Assembly: GCA_951406725.2 (NCBI GenBank)
Contig: OX597814.1
Coordinates: 65,844,001 to 65,908,000 of the forward strand
Source: Octopus vulgaris
Lineage: Eukaryota
Direction of reading: 5' to 3'
DNA: 64,000 nt
The notes beneath the pieces are model-generated. The model saw nothing but the letters and a program-made list of their open reading frames with translations, was not told the origin of the DNA and made no database searches. Made by a program: the position numbers and the translations under genes. This document shows, in pieces, positions 16,201 to 28,850 of this stretch; the stretch's first letter is position 1, and every line of letters begins with the position of its first letter.

Positions 16201-16254
16201 TCACATGAATCAGTGTTGTTCCATACTAGGGGTGTTAATTAATATTAGTTGCAA

Positions 16255-16460
16255 TTTTTAGCACGAGGCCAGCAAGTTCGGTGTGGGGAGATAAGTCGAT
16301 TACATGGACCCTAGTGCTCAACTGGTACTTTATTTCACCGATCCCGTAAGGATGAAAGCAAAGTCGACCTTACCAGAATTTGGAGTCAGAACGTAGAGAC
16401 GGACGAAATGCCTAAAAATTATTTTACCCGGCGTTCTAACGATTCTGCCAACTCACCATC
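16255..16460 (-). mobile_element. SINE family B
   Basis: agtcgattacatggaccctagtgctcaactggtact..ggatgaaagcaaagtcgacct..tctaacgattctgccaactcacc. Confidence 0.75.
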
Positions 16461-16876
16461 CTGGGGTTAATTAATAACGGTTTGATTATCATCATATCCA
16501 TACTTTTGTGTAGTAATACATTATACTTTTAGTTAAGTCTAACTGAACATACCTTTGGTAAGAGGCATTCCAGCTGTGATCATCCTCATTTCTGTTTTAT
16601 TATTTTTTTCCTTGTGCGCAGTCCAGGACCAATCTTATCACAAGTTTGCTATCGGTATCCTGCCACATGCACATAATCGAGTGGTCGGCGAATGATACTG
16701 TGCCCTACTTGGCTTCCCCGGTGAAGAGGGAGTGTGAGCAATCAGTGGGATTGAAAGATAAAAGGTGAATTTCATGAGGGCCGTAGATATTAACATTCTG
16801 GAGAGGAGCTGGACCACCTCCAGGATTACCGCGCCTAATAAAATGCTTGAATGGAAGTTACATCACTCTCTCTATA

Positions 16877-17104
16877 CTCTTTACTCTTTTACTTATTTTA
16901 GTCATTTGACTGCGGCCATGCTGGAGCACCGCCTTTATAGTCGAGCAAATCGACCCGAGAGCTTATTCTTTGTAAGCCTAGTACTTGTTCTATCGGTCTC
17001 TTTTGCCGAACCGCTAAGTTAGGGGGACGTAAACAAAGCAGCATCGGTTGTCAGGAGATGCTGGGGGGAACAAACAGACACACAAACATACACACACACA
17101 CATA

Positions 17105-17156
<52 letters not shown>

Positions 17157-17347
17157 CACATATATATGTATACATATATATATATACATATACGACGGGC
17201 ATCTTCCAGTTTCCGTCTACGAAATCCACTCAAGGCTTTGGTCGGCTCGAGGCTATAGTAGAAGACACTTGCCCAAGGTGTCACGCAGTGGGACTGACCC
17301 CGGGACCATGTGGTTGGTAAGCAAGCTACTTACCACACAGCCACTCC
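16877..17347 (-). mobile_element. SINE family C, full-length with internal (CA)n(TA)n
   Basis: Complete reverse complement from the ggagtggctgtgtggtaagtagc head (B-box-like ggtcagtccc) to the gctccagcatggccgcagtcaaatgact..taaaagag tail. Confidence 0.85.
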
Positions 17348-17364
17348 TAAGCCTATATTCACTT

Positions 17365-17575
17365 CTATACCGAACAGAATCGCTGGACAGGTTTTACGGG
17401 TAAAATCAATGGGCAGGAGACCCAGAGGTAGACGACAAGCAAGAAGATTGGAGCTCGGTTGGTCTCGCTTGGGTATCAAGCTGAATCAATTGGAGATGGT
17501 TGCTTTAGGCAGGATCCGATGGAAGGCGTACTTGAGGACCCTCCCACAAATATGTGGGCAAAGAAGTTGAGACGA
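17365..17575 (+). pseudogene. RTE-like LINE ORF 3' end remnant
   Basis: Translation GRRPRGRRQARR..LGWSRLGI..LEMVALGRIRWKAYLRTLP resembles the C-terminal GRRPRGRP..W region of RTE-group ORFs. Confidence 0.55.
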
Positions 17576-18214
17576 TATGAAAGAAGCCCATCAGCCCATC
17601 GTATATATAAATATATATACATATGTGTGTATGTGTGTGTGCCTTTTTTGTCTGCGCTTGTCACCTCACCATCGCTTAACAACTAGTACTGGTGCATTTA
17701 CATCACCGTAATTCAGCGGTTTGTGTGTGTATGTGTGTGTGTCAGTGTGTCCGTGCATATGTATGTATGTGTATGTACAGGAATGCTAGTACAGATAATT
17801 TGGTAAATATACATTTGCCACTATAGGTAATATCAGGAAATAGTGCATGCCAGCAATAATTATATTTTTACTTTCACAAAATTTCTTGGTGCTTATACAA
17901 AATCATGCAATGAATACAAGTTTCCTGAAAAAAGAGAGAAACAACAATAGTTATTACCAATAAATTAAACATAACATTTCTCATAAATCCTTCCTTAGCA
18001 AGTCCTCTACACCATCACCGCCACTCCTCCTTTGTCTCTATGAGCCAAGTATGTGCACTCGTACTGCACTTTTTATTTTCAACGTCCCTTATCTGTCTTT
18101 TCCTCTCTACTCGCCTCACAATATAAAGTATTCAATGTAAAACTTAAATAGAAATAACTGGTATTTTCTTACATTCCGTCGTCTATTGTACACGCATATA
18201 TATATATACACCTT

Positions 18215-18452
18215 TTATCATCTGTTTCAGTCATAAGGCTGTAACTATGTTGGAACTTCACTTTGAAGAACTCTTAGTCGAATGAATCGACCCAGTACTT
18301 TTTTTGTAAGCCTAGCATAGACTCTATCCTAGAATTTTTGACGAACCGTTAAGTTACAGGGACACAAACAAACCAGCACCAGTTGTCAAGTGGTAGTGTA
18401 TACATGCACACATTCAAACACATACACATACAATCAGGAATTGAAACCTGTC

Positions 18453-18455
<3 letters not shown>
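18215..18455 (-). mobile_element. SINE family C, 3' half (degenerate)
   Basis: ctgtttcagtcat..aatcgacccagtactt..gaaccgttaagttac..accagcaccagttgtcaag. Confidence 0.65.
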
Positions 18456-18499
<44 letters not shown>

Positions 18500-18593
18500 T
18501 ACATATATATACGTATATATATATATATGTGTGTGTGTATACATGTGTGTGCGTCTGTGTGAATGTGTGTATTTGTATTTCTGTATGTGTTTA

Positions 18594-19861
18594 CGAGGGG
18601 AGTTCAATAAGTAATGCCTCTGACCCAATTGCATTTGTTCGATCTAGCTGAAATTTTGCATGTGCAATTATTTATATCTCTATAGATTAAGTGGCAAATC
18701 ACAGCTCTGAACTAATTGTGGTTTCTGATTTACAGGTGTTTGAACTGAGTCAAGTGTGAAATGGAGCCTGTTGAGTGTCGAGCAGTGATGCGGTTTTTGT
18801 ATTTGAAAGGACGCACACCACGGGAGACTTTTGATGAAATAAAAGTAACTTATGGTGATGATGCCCCATCATATGACCTTGTAAAACGCTGGCATCGTGA
18901 ATTCAAACATGGTCGGACTTTGTGGAAACAGCTCCCAGATCTGGTCGCCCCCTTCTGCCATTGATGAAGCATCTGTCCGTCAAGTTGAGGCTGCCATATT
19001 CGCCAAATAGCCCATGAGGTCAAGATTAGTACCGGGTCTGTAGAAACTATCATTCATGACCATTTGCATATGCAAAAGGTGTCTGCCAGATGGATTCCCA
19101 GGTTGCTCACACCTTTCCAGAAGCAAGAACGCGTCGATTGCGCGAGGATGAATTTGAAGATGTGCCAAGAAGATGAGTCAAAATTTTTCAAAAGACTGAT
19201 TACACAGGATGAAACCTGGGTCCATCACTATGATCCAGAGACCAAAGCCCAGTCAATGCAGTGGAAGCACCGTGACTCACCTCCTCCAAAGAAGGCAAGG
19301 GTGCAGCCCTCCGCTGGCAAGGTCACGCTCACAGTCTTCTAGGACCAGGACGGAGTAGTGATGACAGATTTCTTGGCAAAGGGTGCCACAATTACAGGAG
19401 TCTATTATGCTTCACTTTTGAGGAAATTAAGAGAAGCTATCAAAATCAAGAGGCGGGGCAAGATCAGCAAAGGCATCTTCCTCCTGCAGGACAACGCTCC
19501 GATCCACAACTCGCGTGTCGCCATATCAGAAGCACAGGCGTGCGGCTATGAACTCGTCCCCCATTCTCCCTACTCTCCTGACCTGCACCCTCTGATTTTC
19601 ACCTCTTCCCAGTCATGAAGTTGTTTTTGAAAGGAAAGCGTTTCCCAGATGATGCAGCCTTGATTTCTGAAGTCACGTCGTGGTTGGAGGACCAAGCTGG
19701 GGTCTTCTACAAAAACGGTCTTCAGAGCTGCATCAAACGCTGGGAGAAATGCGTAACTCCGGATGGTTCCTATGTAGAAAAAGACTAATAACTGTGCCAA
19801 GTTTCGTTGCTCTACTGCTATGGGAAGTGGGTCAGGGGCATTACTTATTGAACGCCCCTCG
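18594..19861 (+). mobile_element. Full-length mariner DNA transposon (DD34D), copy 1
   Basis: TIRs cgaggggagttcaataagtaatgcctctgaccc / gggtcaggggcattacttattgaacgcccctcg, TA on both sides, transposase inside. Confidence 0.97.
18761..19788 (+). pseudogene. Disrupted mariner transposase
   Basis: HTH N-terminus, WIPRLL, TQDETW, QDNAP, YSPDL motifs; frameshifts, ~24-bp deletion relative to copy 2, and TGG>TAG stop at ~19340. Confidence 0.93.
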
Positions 19862-20447
19862 TATCCTCCATCACTATTTGACAATGTTGGTTTGTTTACG
19901 TCCCCCGCAACATAGTGGTTCGAGAGAAAAGACAGACAAAATCAGTGCCAGGTTTAAAAGAAAATAAGAGTTGGGATCGGTTGTTCGAATAAACCCCCCA
20001 AGGTGGTACCCTCCACCCCATCAGCATGGTGCAGTCCAATGGTTGAAAGAAATCACACACGCTCTCACAGATACAACCAAGACAAGACAAGCTTATCAGA
20101 TCATTTTAATTATTTTAATTATCACAACAGTGAATCGAGTTGAGCAAAATTAAATAATAATGTTGTTAACAATATCTTACCCGCTGACTCGGAAGTAAGC
20201 TACGGATCCCTAACTCCAGACCCCGTTGTGAACTTCGATCCTAGTAGCTTATCAATTGAAGCACCTACACAGCGTAACTATTAGTTTGGATCATCTGTGA
20301 CCTAAACCCTTCCTATAATATGTATAATATATGTGTGTTTCTGTTTCTCTGTATCTCCCTCAGTAATAATATAGAGACACAGAGAGACAGATAGATAGAA
20401 AGACTTATATATATACATATATATATATATGTGTGTGTGTGTGTATG

Positions 20448-20487
<40 letters not shown>

Positions 20488-21116
20488 CGTGTGTGTGTGT
20501 GTGTATATATATATGTATGTATGTATGTATATAAGTCTTTCTATCTATCTGTCTATCTGTGTCTATATTATTACCGAGGGAGAGGGAGAGACAGCGAGAC
20601 AGAAAGACACACAGAAAGAAAGAGAAAGCAAAGGAGAGTAAAAGGGGGAGCTGATTTGTGCGCATTTATTTCCATCTGCATAAATTTATTCATCACTCTA
20701 TGTGCATGTTTGTGTATACATGTGAACATGTGTGTTTCTGTCTGTACGTGCCTATTGCGCTTTATAGTGTGTGTATGCACATATGGAAAAATGCTTACAA
20801 AAGGATAATGACGAAATGTGTCATTCGCTGTGTTTTCACGGCATTTCAATAAATTGAATTGAACTGAATAACTCTACCTTTCGGCTTAACAGAAATCGGA
20901 AAATTCTCCAATATCGTAGTACGGCCCCTTTAAGTGTGTTATAAATATTTCGATAACTGCTTGATATCTCAGATTGAAATCTCCCTATATCATATTCTGT
21001 GTTAGAATACATTTTCTTTAATGTGGACCAACTAGCTAAAAAAGTGGTCCAGAATTTGAAATTTTATATTCCCCTATCTGGTAAAATATCTGAGCAAATT
21101 TGAATACTATTTAAGG

Positions 21117-21280
<164 letters not shown>

Positions 21281-21339
21281 CAAGTTTTAAAACAAACATA
21301 ATTTTCGTATGTTTTTTTTTTTAGACATTCACTAGTACA

Positions 21340-21487
21340 GCACTAAATACAAAACCAAATATATGGCACACTAGGCATAACAACAACATGAACTTCCAGC
21401 CTGTTGTCTCTTGAGGTCTCTGGGTGAGACTTGGAGCCAACTTGTACAAATGTAAAGCAAAAGTCGAACAGAATAATAATAATAATA
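21340..21487 (+). mobile_element. Probable 3' end of a non-LTR retrotransposon ending in (TAA)n (Dong/R4-like)
   Basis: Unique 3'UTR-like segment gaggtctctgggtgagacttggagccaac..gcaaaagtcgaacag running into (AAT)n, downstream of a (TAA)n tract; no coding motif seen. Confidence 0.35.
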
Positions 21488-21624
21488 GTTATGCTTTCTA
21501 ACTTGGATAATGATCATTACCATTTATGTTAAATGCGTTCAAACACCACCGACGTGCATTTCATCCTTTCTAGATCGATGAGTCAATGTAGTCATCTAGC
21601 CCCTCCCACCAAATTTCATGAACT

Positions 21625-22575
21625 ATGATCGTCCACTCCTATCCTCCTCAGAGCAGGACCGTTCACTCGGACCTTCTTGTTCCTCTCACCCATGTTTCAA
21701 CAAAAATACTGGAAGGCAGTATTTCCTCTCGCCACACTCACTTTCTTTCTCAAGTGAAACTTGGACAATTTGATGAGGGTTTGTTCAAAGAGGAAAGTGT
21801 CTGACTTCAGAACTTACAGTCTGGTTCACACACAACATCTTTCGCTAAGGCCACCAGACAGATCAATGCCTGTCCTTGGCCAAAAGAAGGCGACATGACG
21901 ACCCTCGTGATAGGCCTAGCTGATAGCCTATCCGACCTACACGCGATTGCAGGTGTTCGACATAACTCCACACATCAGCAATAGCAAGACATTGGACGAG
22001 TACGTGCAGAACAATTTCGTTGCTCTGTGTGCATCTCAACCAGGTCTGGGCTCACGGTACCTCCATGCCTGTAGAGTCTTTCACAAACCGGCAATGCGCC
22101 CTGGTAGCTCGGCCAGGAAAGAGATTTCTAAAAAGTATTCAGGAGTCTGGTTCGAGTGTCCCACGGAACAGACCAGCCTGTCGCTCCTCGTACATTCCTA
22201 GAGATTTTCCAAGAACATCGTTGCTCTTACCTGTCATTAAAACTCTATTGAACACCAAAATGAAACTTCTACCATAAGTATCGCGCTACAGTTTGAGGGC
22301 TGTGAGCCTTGGTCGACACTCTAAGTGCCAGGTATCCTGCCTTGGTCTAAACTCGATGCAACTCAGTCAAAGAACGCTCTGTGGAAAAGCGAGTCTGACA
22401 AACGGCTGGCACACTGTTCGCCGTCAAGGAAACGCAGGAGATGCCGCAGCTTCAACGCATATCTGCGCATAATCAGCCACGCGATGCCCAGTCTTCCATT
22501 TAGCGGGTGCTGATAACAAATGGCACCTGACCATTGGAATACGTCGCTTCTGCAGAAAGTGGAGTTTGTAGAGAT
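21625..22575 (-). pseudogene. Tx1/L1-clade LINE ORF2 C-terminal remnant
   Basis: Minus-strand translation gives FQKSLSW..GALPVCERLYRHG, a zinc-knuckle-like RCTQSNEIVLHVLVQC..VWSYVE, CLVALAKDVV, and FHLRKKV..IFVETW; multiple stops and frameshifts. Confidence 0.7.
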
Positions 22576-22770
22576 TGCCCTATGTTAGAAATAATGTAGA
22601 ATTATTAGGTCTACCCAGTTCTGCGAGACGAAGATTGGCAGTGCTGCATAGAGAGAGAACGCTAACAAGCGGAGTCAACTTTTCTTTTCAACATTTCGCG
22701 ATAAATAAGATAAGGTACCAGTCAAGTACTGAGATCGATGTTTAACTGAAGTTCATGATTTCTCTTCCAC

Positions 22771-22782
22771 TCATCATCGTCG

Positions 22783-22828
<46 letters not shown>

Positions 22829-22829
22829 T
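22771..22829. repeat. (TCA)n microsatellite
   Basis: Directly visible. Confidence 0.95.
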
Positions 22830-22835
22830 ATTTTT

Positions 22836-23515
22836 GAGGTGGCAAACTGGCAGAATCGATAAAACGCCGGGCAAAATGCTTCGCGGCATTTCATCCGACT
22901 GCACATCCTGAGTTCAAATTCTGCCGAGCTCGACTTGGCCTTTCATCCTTTAGGAGTTGATAAATTAAGTACCAGTGAAACACTGGGATCAACGTAATCG
23001 ACTAGTTAACTCCCACAAAATTTCAGATCTTGTGCCTTTAGTAGAAAGGATCATTATTGTTGTTGTTGTTGTTGTTGTTGTTATCATTATTATTGTTATT
23101 ATTATTTTTGCTAAGGCGGCGAGCTGGCAAAATCATTAGCATTCTTAGCAGCATTTCGTCCGTCTGCACATTCTGAGTTCAAATTCTACCGAGGTCGTCT
23201 TTGCCTTTCATCCTTTCGGAGTCGATAAAATGCGCACCAGTTGTGTACTGAGGGTCGATGTAATTGACTATCCCCTCCCCAAAATTTCAGGCTTTGTGCC
23301 TATAGTAGAAAGAATTATTATTACTAAGGCAGCGTGCTGGCATAGTCGTTAGTACACCGGGCAAAATGCTTAGTGGTATTTCTGAGTTCAAATTCCGCTG
23401 AGGGCGAATTTGCCACCTGTCTTTTTGGGGTCAATAAAATAAGTACCATTTGAGTTCTGGGATCCCCTTCCATGAAATTGCTGGCTTTATGCCAAAATTT
23501 GAAATCATTACTATT
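22836..23515 (+). mobile_element. Head-to-tail array of three SINE family B copies
   Basis: Units start ~22836, ~23115 and ~23328 (ggcggcgagctggca..ttag..ctgagttcaaattc..gcctttcatcctt..aaaatttcag..gtgcc..tagtagaaag), separated by (TTA/TTG)n tails. Confidence 0.85.
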
Positions 23516-24444
23516 ATTTGTAATATTGAGTGAGAGAGCTGCCATGAAAGTGACGCTGTGGTAGAAATATACGAAGCCCAATATATCCATTATGACTACA
23601 CGTCTAATAAGGGTACGCCATATATGAATTCACGGTGACACTAAAACACGCCCACAAAACTGAGAACCCGTAGAAGGGGAAATGGTTCTGCTGATTAAGT
23701 CCACAGGCAGCGACTGCAACAATACCTGTAACAGCAGTAACAACCTCAGCAGCAACAGGAGCAGCAAAAACAAGAGGCCACAACATCAACAAAAACATCA
23801 GAAGAATTACCGTTATCAAGAGCCATCACATCACAGAAAAAAGCGTCTGAAAACCCTAGAACAACAACAGAACAACAACCTATGACATGCCCATCCTAAA
23901 TCACATTACGCAGTCACGCCAGGTCGTGTGGTGAAAGTGAGGGTGATGAACCTAAATACCAAAAGTCGTTAATGAAAAGAAAAGGAAACAAAATACGCCA
24001 ACGGAAAAAAAAAAAAACGGAGATTTGAGCAAATGAGGGGAACGTTTTTGAGAAACTATATACCAGAAATGGTTGAATTGCTTGGGGTCTGATTTGGTTC
24101 AGATCTTCAAGTTGCCTCTTACATTTTATGTAGTATCGATGGAGGGTATTGAGAGAGATAAATTGTACAACATTTTCAAATTGGAGATTATATATAATTT
24201 ACAAAAGAACACGATCCAGTATTACTACTAGCGTACGTTTTCGGTTGTCGATAGACTATCTGTTGGCTTGCTTACGATCCAGCAAATTAACAGTTAAGCA
24301 AAAGAGACGACAGATTACGTATCAAACTTTTAATTTAAAAAAATAAGGGCTAAACTTGTCAAGGTAATGTTTCATCATGGCCGTGATCCAATGATCTAAA
24401 CAAGCAAAAGATAACATATACAATAAGTATCTCTCTCTCTCCCT

Positions 24445-24500
<56 letters not shown>

Positions 24501-24504
<4 letters not shown>

Positions 24505-24755
24505 CCACTCATTTATTATTTATATATTTTCTTCCGAAATTTTCGTTGCTTTTGCAATCTTGTCAATAGAAATTTTAGAAGAAAAAATATAATTAATAAA
24601 TGAGTGGAAATCGAACCGGTGAGTGTGTTAGACAATAAGGCATTAAGACAATATGACTCTCCTCAAACAACATAATTTGTTTCAGCCCACGAATTCACAT
24701 AAAAAATCTTGCAAAACAGATACAAAAACGAAGTACATTTATTTACTTATATATA
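24501..24755. mobile_element. TA-flanked fold-back element with degenerate minimal hammerhead-like motif
   Basis: Imperfect inverted repeat 24505-24545 / 24567-24607 plus right-side extension; minus strand reads ttgacaa-gattgc-aaaa-gcaac-GAAA-atttc. Confidence 0.55.
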
Positions 24756-24799
24756 ATATATGTACATATGTATATGATATATACGGATTTATATATTAT

Positions 24800-25700
24800 G
24801 CTTAAAGACGTTGATGAAAGTTTAATTGAAGCCTGATGACCCTTTATCAGCGCTTAAGAAGGCAATTAGGCAATCCTCTCAGGGTTTCCTATGCAGCCAG
24901 ATATATTTTAAACGTGATAGCAGCGGTTTAATAAAATCACAAAAAGTTAGTAATCCATAAACATTGAACGAGAGTATTGGGAGAGCATTACGTTATTCAC
25001 CTTGAATCTTGGACACATCTAACTTTTGACACTACAGTTCAAAAGGATCGTCTCCCGACAGCCGAAAATGTTCGCCAGTAGTAATACTGCACCATATACT
25101 GCACCATATACTGCACCAAATTATCTATAATCTTCGATTTGTAAACACCGTTCGGTTTACCTGTATCAACTCCGCCAGATCTACTTATAATGCGAGAGAC
25201 AACTGTCCAATGGTGACTTTATTGTTCAGCAGATGTGAACGATAGGCAATACTCTAGATTCTCAGATACCATAGTTGGCTGTGCTTAACATTGATTATGT
25301 AGTTATCAAAGAGATGAACTGTGTGAAGGCATATCTGACAAATGGTGTCCCCACTTGTTCACTATGCTGGAATCTTTGCAGACTCATCCTGATTCATGTT
25401 AGAGGATACTTATTTTCCTCTTCTCCCCCTCCCCTTCCCCATCAATAATGTACAGAACGACAGATCAAATGTTTTGTTATACTTGTTCATTCTCAGCTCA
25501 GCTACGACCGCGCAAATTTATGATCAAAAAGCATTCCAACCATTCAATGTTTCTTTTCTTTTTTATGATGTTAATGTATCATTTCAAGGTGATTTGTCGA
25601 CCATTCTGGGCAGCCCATGAACCAACATACTGTCAGAGAATACTGTGTGGCATTGCCATGGGACTAAATTCCATACGTGCCTTCTTTGACTTTCTTCCTA
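24800..25700 (-). pseudogene. Possible highly decayed hAT transposase remnant
   Basis: Minus-strand frame-shifted peptides QDESA..EQVG..FVRY..FISL (cf. hAT DEST..EQL..FVRY) and YGAV (cf. YDGA). Confidence 0.4.
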
Positions 25701-25978
25701 CTGTTCTCATTGAATTAATAAGAACTCACTGATTTTATTGATTATATATCTCTCAACAAGTGTGTGAAGTTTTCCTATGTTAAAAATAATATAGAATTAT
25801 TAAGTCTACCGCAACTAGTAACAGAACGGGAGAACTCCCAGTACTGCGAGCCGAAAAATGACAGCGCTGCTGAGATAATACTTGTCTTCAGTGATCTGGT
25901 CGAAAAAAATATGAATGATCTTCAATAGATTCATCCACGACAACCTCCATTTCATCCGAGATGACATATATAAGGTAG

Positions 25979-27052
25979 TGTTACGGGACCCCCTCGAAAG
26001 TTGCTACGGAATCCCACCTGCCGTCGCTCAAACTCGAACTCGGGATCCCAACAAGTCGAGCGACGACGATTGACCAGGCCCGATCGATCAGGTACTGTTC
26101 GCCACGGAACTCAGAGAGGAGAGAGACAACAACAACAGCAGCAGGAAGAGACACAGAGGCACAAAGAAATACAGCGGAAGGCAATTGGCTACGTTTAACC
26201 TACTAGTTTATAACACTTTATAATTGTTACATAAAATACATATCAGATACATCAAAGAGGAAATACATGCAAGTAACAACACATCAAATGCAATAACAAC
26301 AGCATTTCAAGAAAACAACAAATCAATACAGGTATACAACAGATCAGTTCTGTTTCAAATCACATTAAAGGCATATACAATGTTCATAGACAAATAAGTT
26401 CACGTTACAAATCAATGTTCAATTAACGTACACTTCACATTAACGTTACAGTTTAAAGGACAATTAACACATATACAGTTCAATGTTCATTAAAGACTAC
26501 AACATAGTCTCTCTCTTTCTTTAACAGTTCTGGAACACATATCAATACAATTCACATTGTTCCTTTTACTGTCTCATTTCTTTTTCCAGCCTTTATAACA
26601 CATCAACAAGTCCTTTACTCAATTCACATATCAATACAACAATTCACGTACCGTTACATCAGCCAATGCCTCATATTGTAGTTCCTCTCTATTAGCTGCC
26701 TAATTCTCTGTATGTCCCTCTCTGTCACAGCAGAACAAACCATTACTAAATCGCTGTACAATCCCAACTGTTTACTCTCTCATGTCTGTCTGTCTCTCTC
26801 TCAGTACACTGTCACCAGCAGAACAGCCCTGCTAAACTGCCAACTGCTTGCCTTGAATCCCAAATCCTGACTGTCTCTCACACTCACAAACTGACTGCTT
26901 ATTTAAGGGGGCAGCCCTCAAATGAACCCTAATTCACCTGAAAGGGTCGGGGAGTTTCCCCAGAGCTAATTAATCAACCCGCATCTGGCAGAACAATGGA
27001 TTCATTCCCAAAAGTAGGTCGCAATCAACTGTCCTCAAGTTGAACCACAACA
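25979..27052 (-). mobile_element. Solo LTR (~1074 bp) of an LTR retrotransposon
   Basis: Starts TGTTAC, ends AACA, flanked by a perfect 4-bp TSD GTAG (25975-25978 and 27053-27056); TATA-like cttaaataag on the minus strand near 26900; orientation tentative. Confidence 0.75.
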
Positions 27053-27289
27053 GTAGGAAACAAAAGTGGCTCTAGTAAAGGCACTGGTGAATATGGATCA
27101 GTCAAAATCTTTTTATTAGAGTCGCGCATCGCTTGCCTAAAAGTGGTCGGTTTCATACCTATACTTAGAGGCTGGATTACTCCAGAATATATTCGCGCGC
27201 TCGCTTAATCAAGGATATCTTCTCATCACTTTTGTAGGGGACGGGCTCTCTAGTAATTGCTGTAGAAGTTGAATGAGTTGAATAAACAT

Positions 27290-27663
27290 GCTGAGGTCGA
27301 CTTTGCCTTTTATTCTTTTTCGTCAATAAAATAAGTATCAGTCAAATAGTGGGAATGACGTAATTGATTTATATCATCTCTCTAAAACTGTTGGCTTTGT
27401 AAAAATTTAAAGCCATTATCACTAGTATTAGGGTGGCTAAGGTGGGGAGTTTGCAGAATCACTAGCACGTTGCACAAACTGCTTAGCTACATTTCGTCCG
27501 TCTTTACGTTCCGAGTTCAAATTCCACTATGGTCAACTTTGCCTTTCATCTTTTCGGGGTTGATAAAATATGTACCAGTTAAGTAGTGGGGTTGATGCAA
27601 CCGATTTACCCCTTCCACAAAATTGCTGGCCCTGTGCCAAAATTTGAAATCATTATTATTATT

Positions 27664-27730
<67 letters not shown>

Positions 27731-27759
27731 CATCAACATCATCATCATTATTATTATTA

Positions 27760-27827
<68 letters not shown>

Positions 27828-28012
27828 GCGGCTGATTAGAGTCATCTGAGCGTCTGCCAAAATACCTTACGGTTTGTGTTCCGAATCTTCTGAGTTGAGT
27901 TTTGCCTTTGCTTTTCATTATTCCGGATTAAAGTACCAGTGAAGTAGCTGGTATATATTATCGATTATTCACTCCCCCCAACATTGCCGGCTTTGTGCCT
28001 AAAATTGAAATA
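27290..28012 (+). mobile_element. Array of three SINE family B copies interleaved with a long (TTA)n tract (27652-27827)
   Basis: Repeated gaggtcgactttgccttt..ataaaataagtaccag..aaattgctggcc..gtgccaaaatttgaaa units. Confidence 0.8.
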
Positions 28013-28644
28013 CTTGTGCTAGAGTCGATTTAACTGGCAATGATGTTTTTCTTCGTTGCTTTGGCCCAATTTAAGCAAATATTGCTAGATGACCTCTATA
28101 TCTGTTTTATTCCACTATGGTAACTTCTCTGCAAAGCAACTAATTTCATACACTCTCCACTTAAGGAGAAACCCATGCCACAGTTTCTCTTCTGTCACCC
28201 TCATAGTTTCTTTTCTCTCTGAGCCTGCATAAAATATTTTATTTATCCATTTTGCTTTAGAGTTGCAATTCCTGAACTCTCCATGGTTTTTTGTGCAAAC
28301 ATGATCCTACAAATGTTTATGCTAGCTATATACTTTATGGATGATAGAAAGATAAATGGTTCAAATGTGCAAAAACAAAAGGCAGAGACAGGGAAGAAGA
28401 AAGAAGGTGTATTAATTTGACGCCTAGGAAAAATGGGAAAGCCTGTGACATTTCGAACCTACTCTCATTGACAGAAAGATAAGCACTGTTGTATTGGAAT
28501 TTCTAAGCCACACAAGTCGAATATCAATGCTGTTACATATTTATTCCAGTTCTCTACTTTTTTTTTCATATCGCTTTGTAAGACTAACTAACAAGGACAT
28601 TACTTATATATATATGGTCACTGGACATGCTTAAAGTAATTCTT

Positions 28645-28850
28645 TCTAGTATAGGCACATATAATTTTATTCTGTGTGGTGAGGAGCGCTAGTCGGTTAG
28701 ATTGACCCCACTGCTCGACAGGTACTTATCTTAATCGACCTGGAAGGATGAAAGGCAAAATAGACCTCAGCGGAAATTCAATGTAAAACTGGATGAAATG
28801 CCTCGGAGTATTTTGTACGGTGTACTAACAATTCCGCCAGTTCACCGCTT
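28645..28850 (-). mobile_element. SINE family B
   Basis: ttctagtataggcac..gattgacccc..ggatgaaaggcaaa..tactaacaattccgccagttcaccgc. Confidence 0.75.

Noticed and set aside
22836-23515. Regularly recurring conserved motifs resembling a repeat-spacer (CRISPR-like) array
   Set aside because: Units are whole ~200-bp diverged SINE copies in eukaryotic DNA; no identical short repeats with unique spacers and no cas genes
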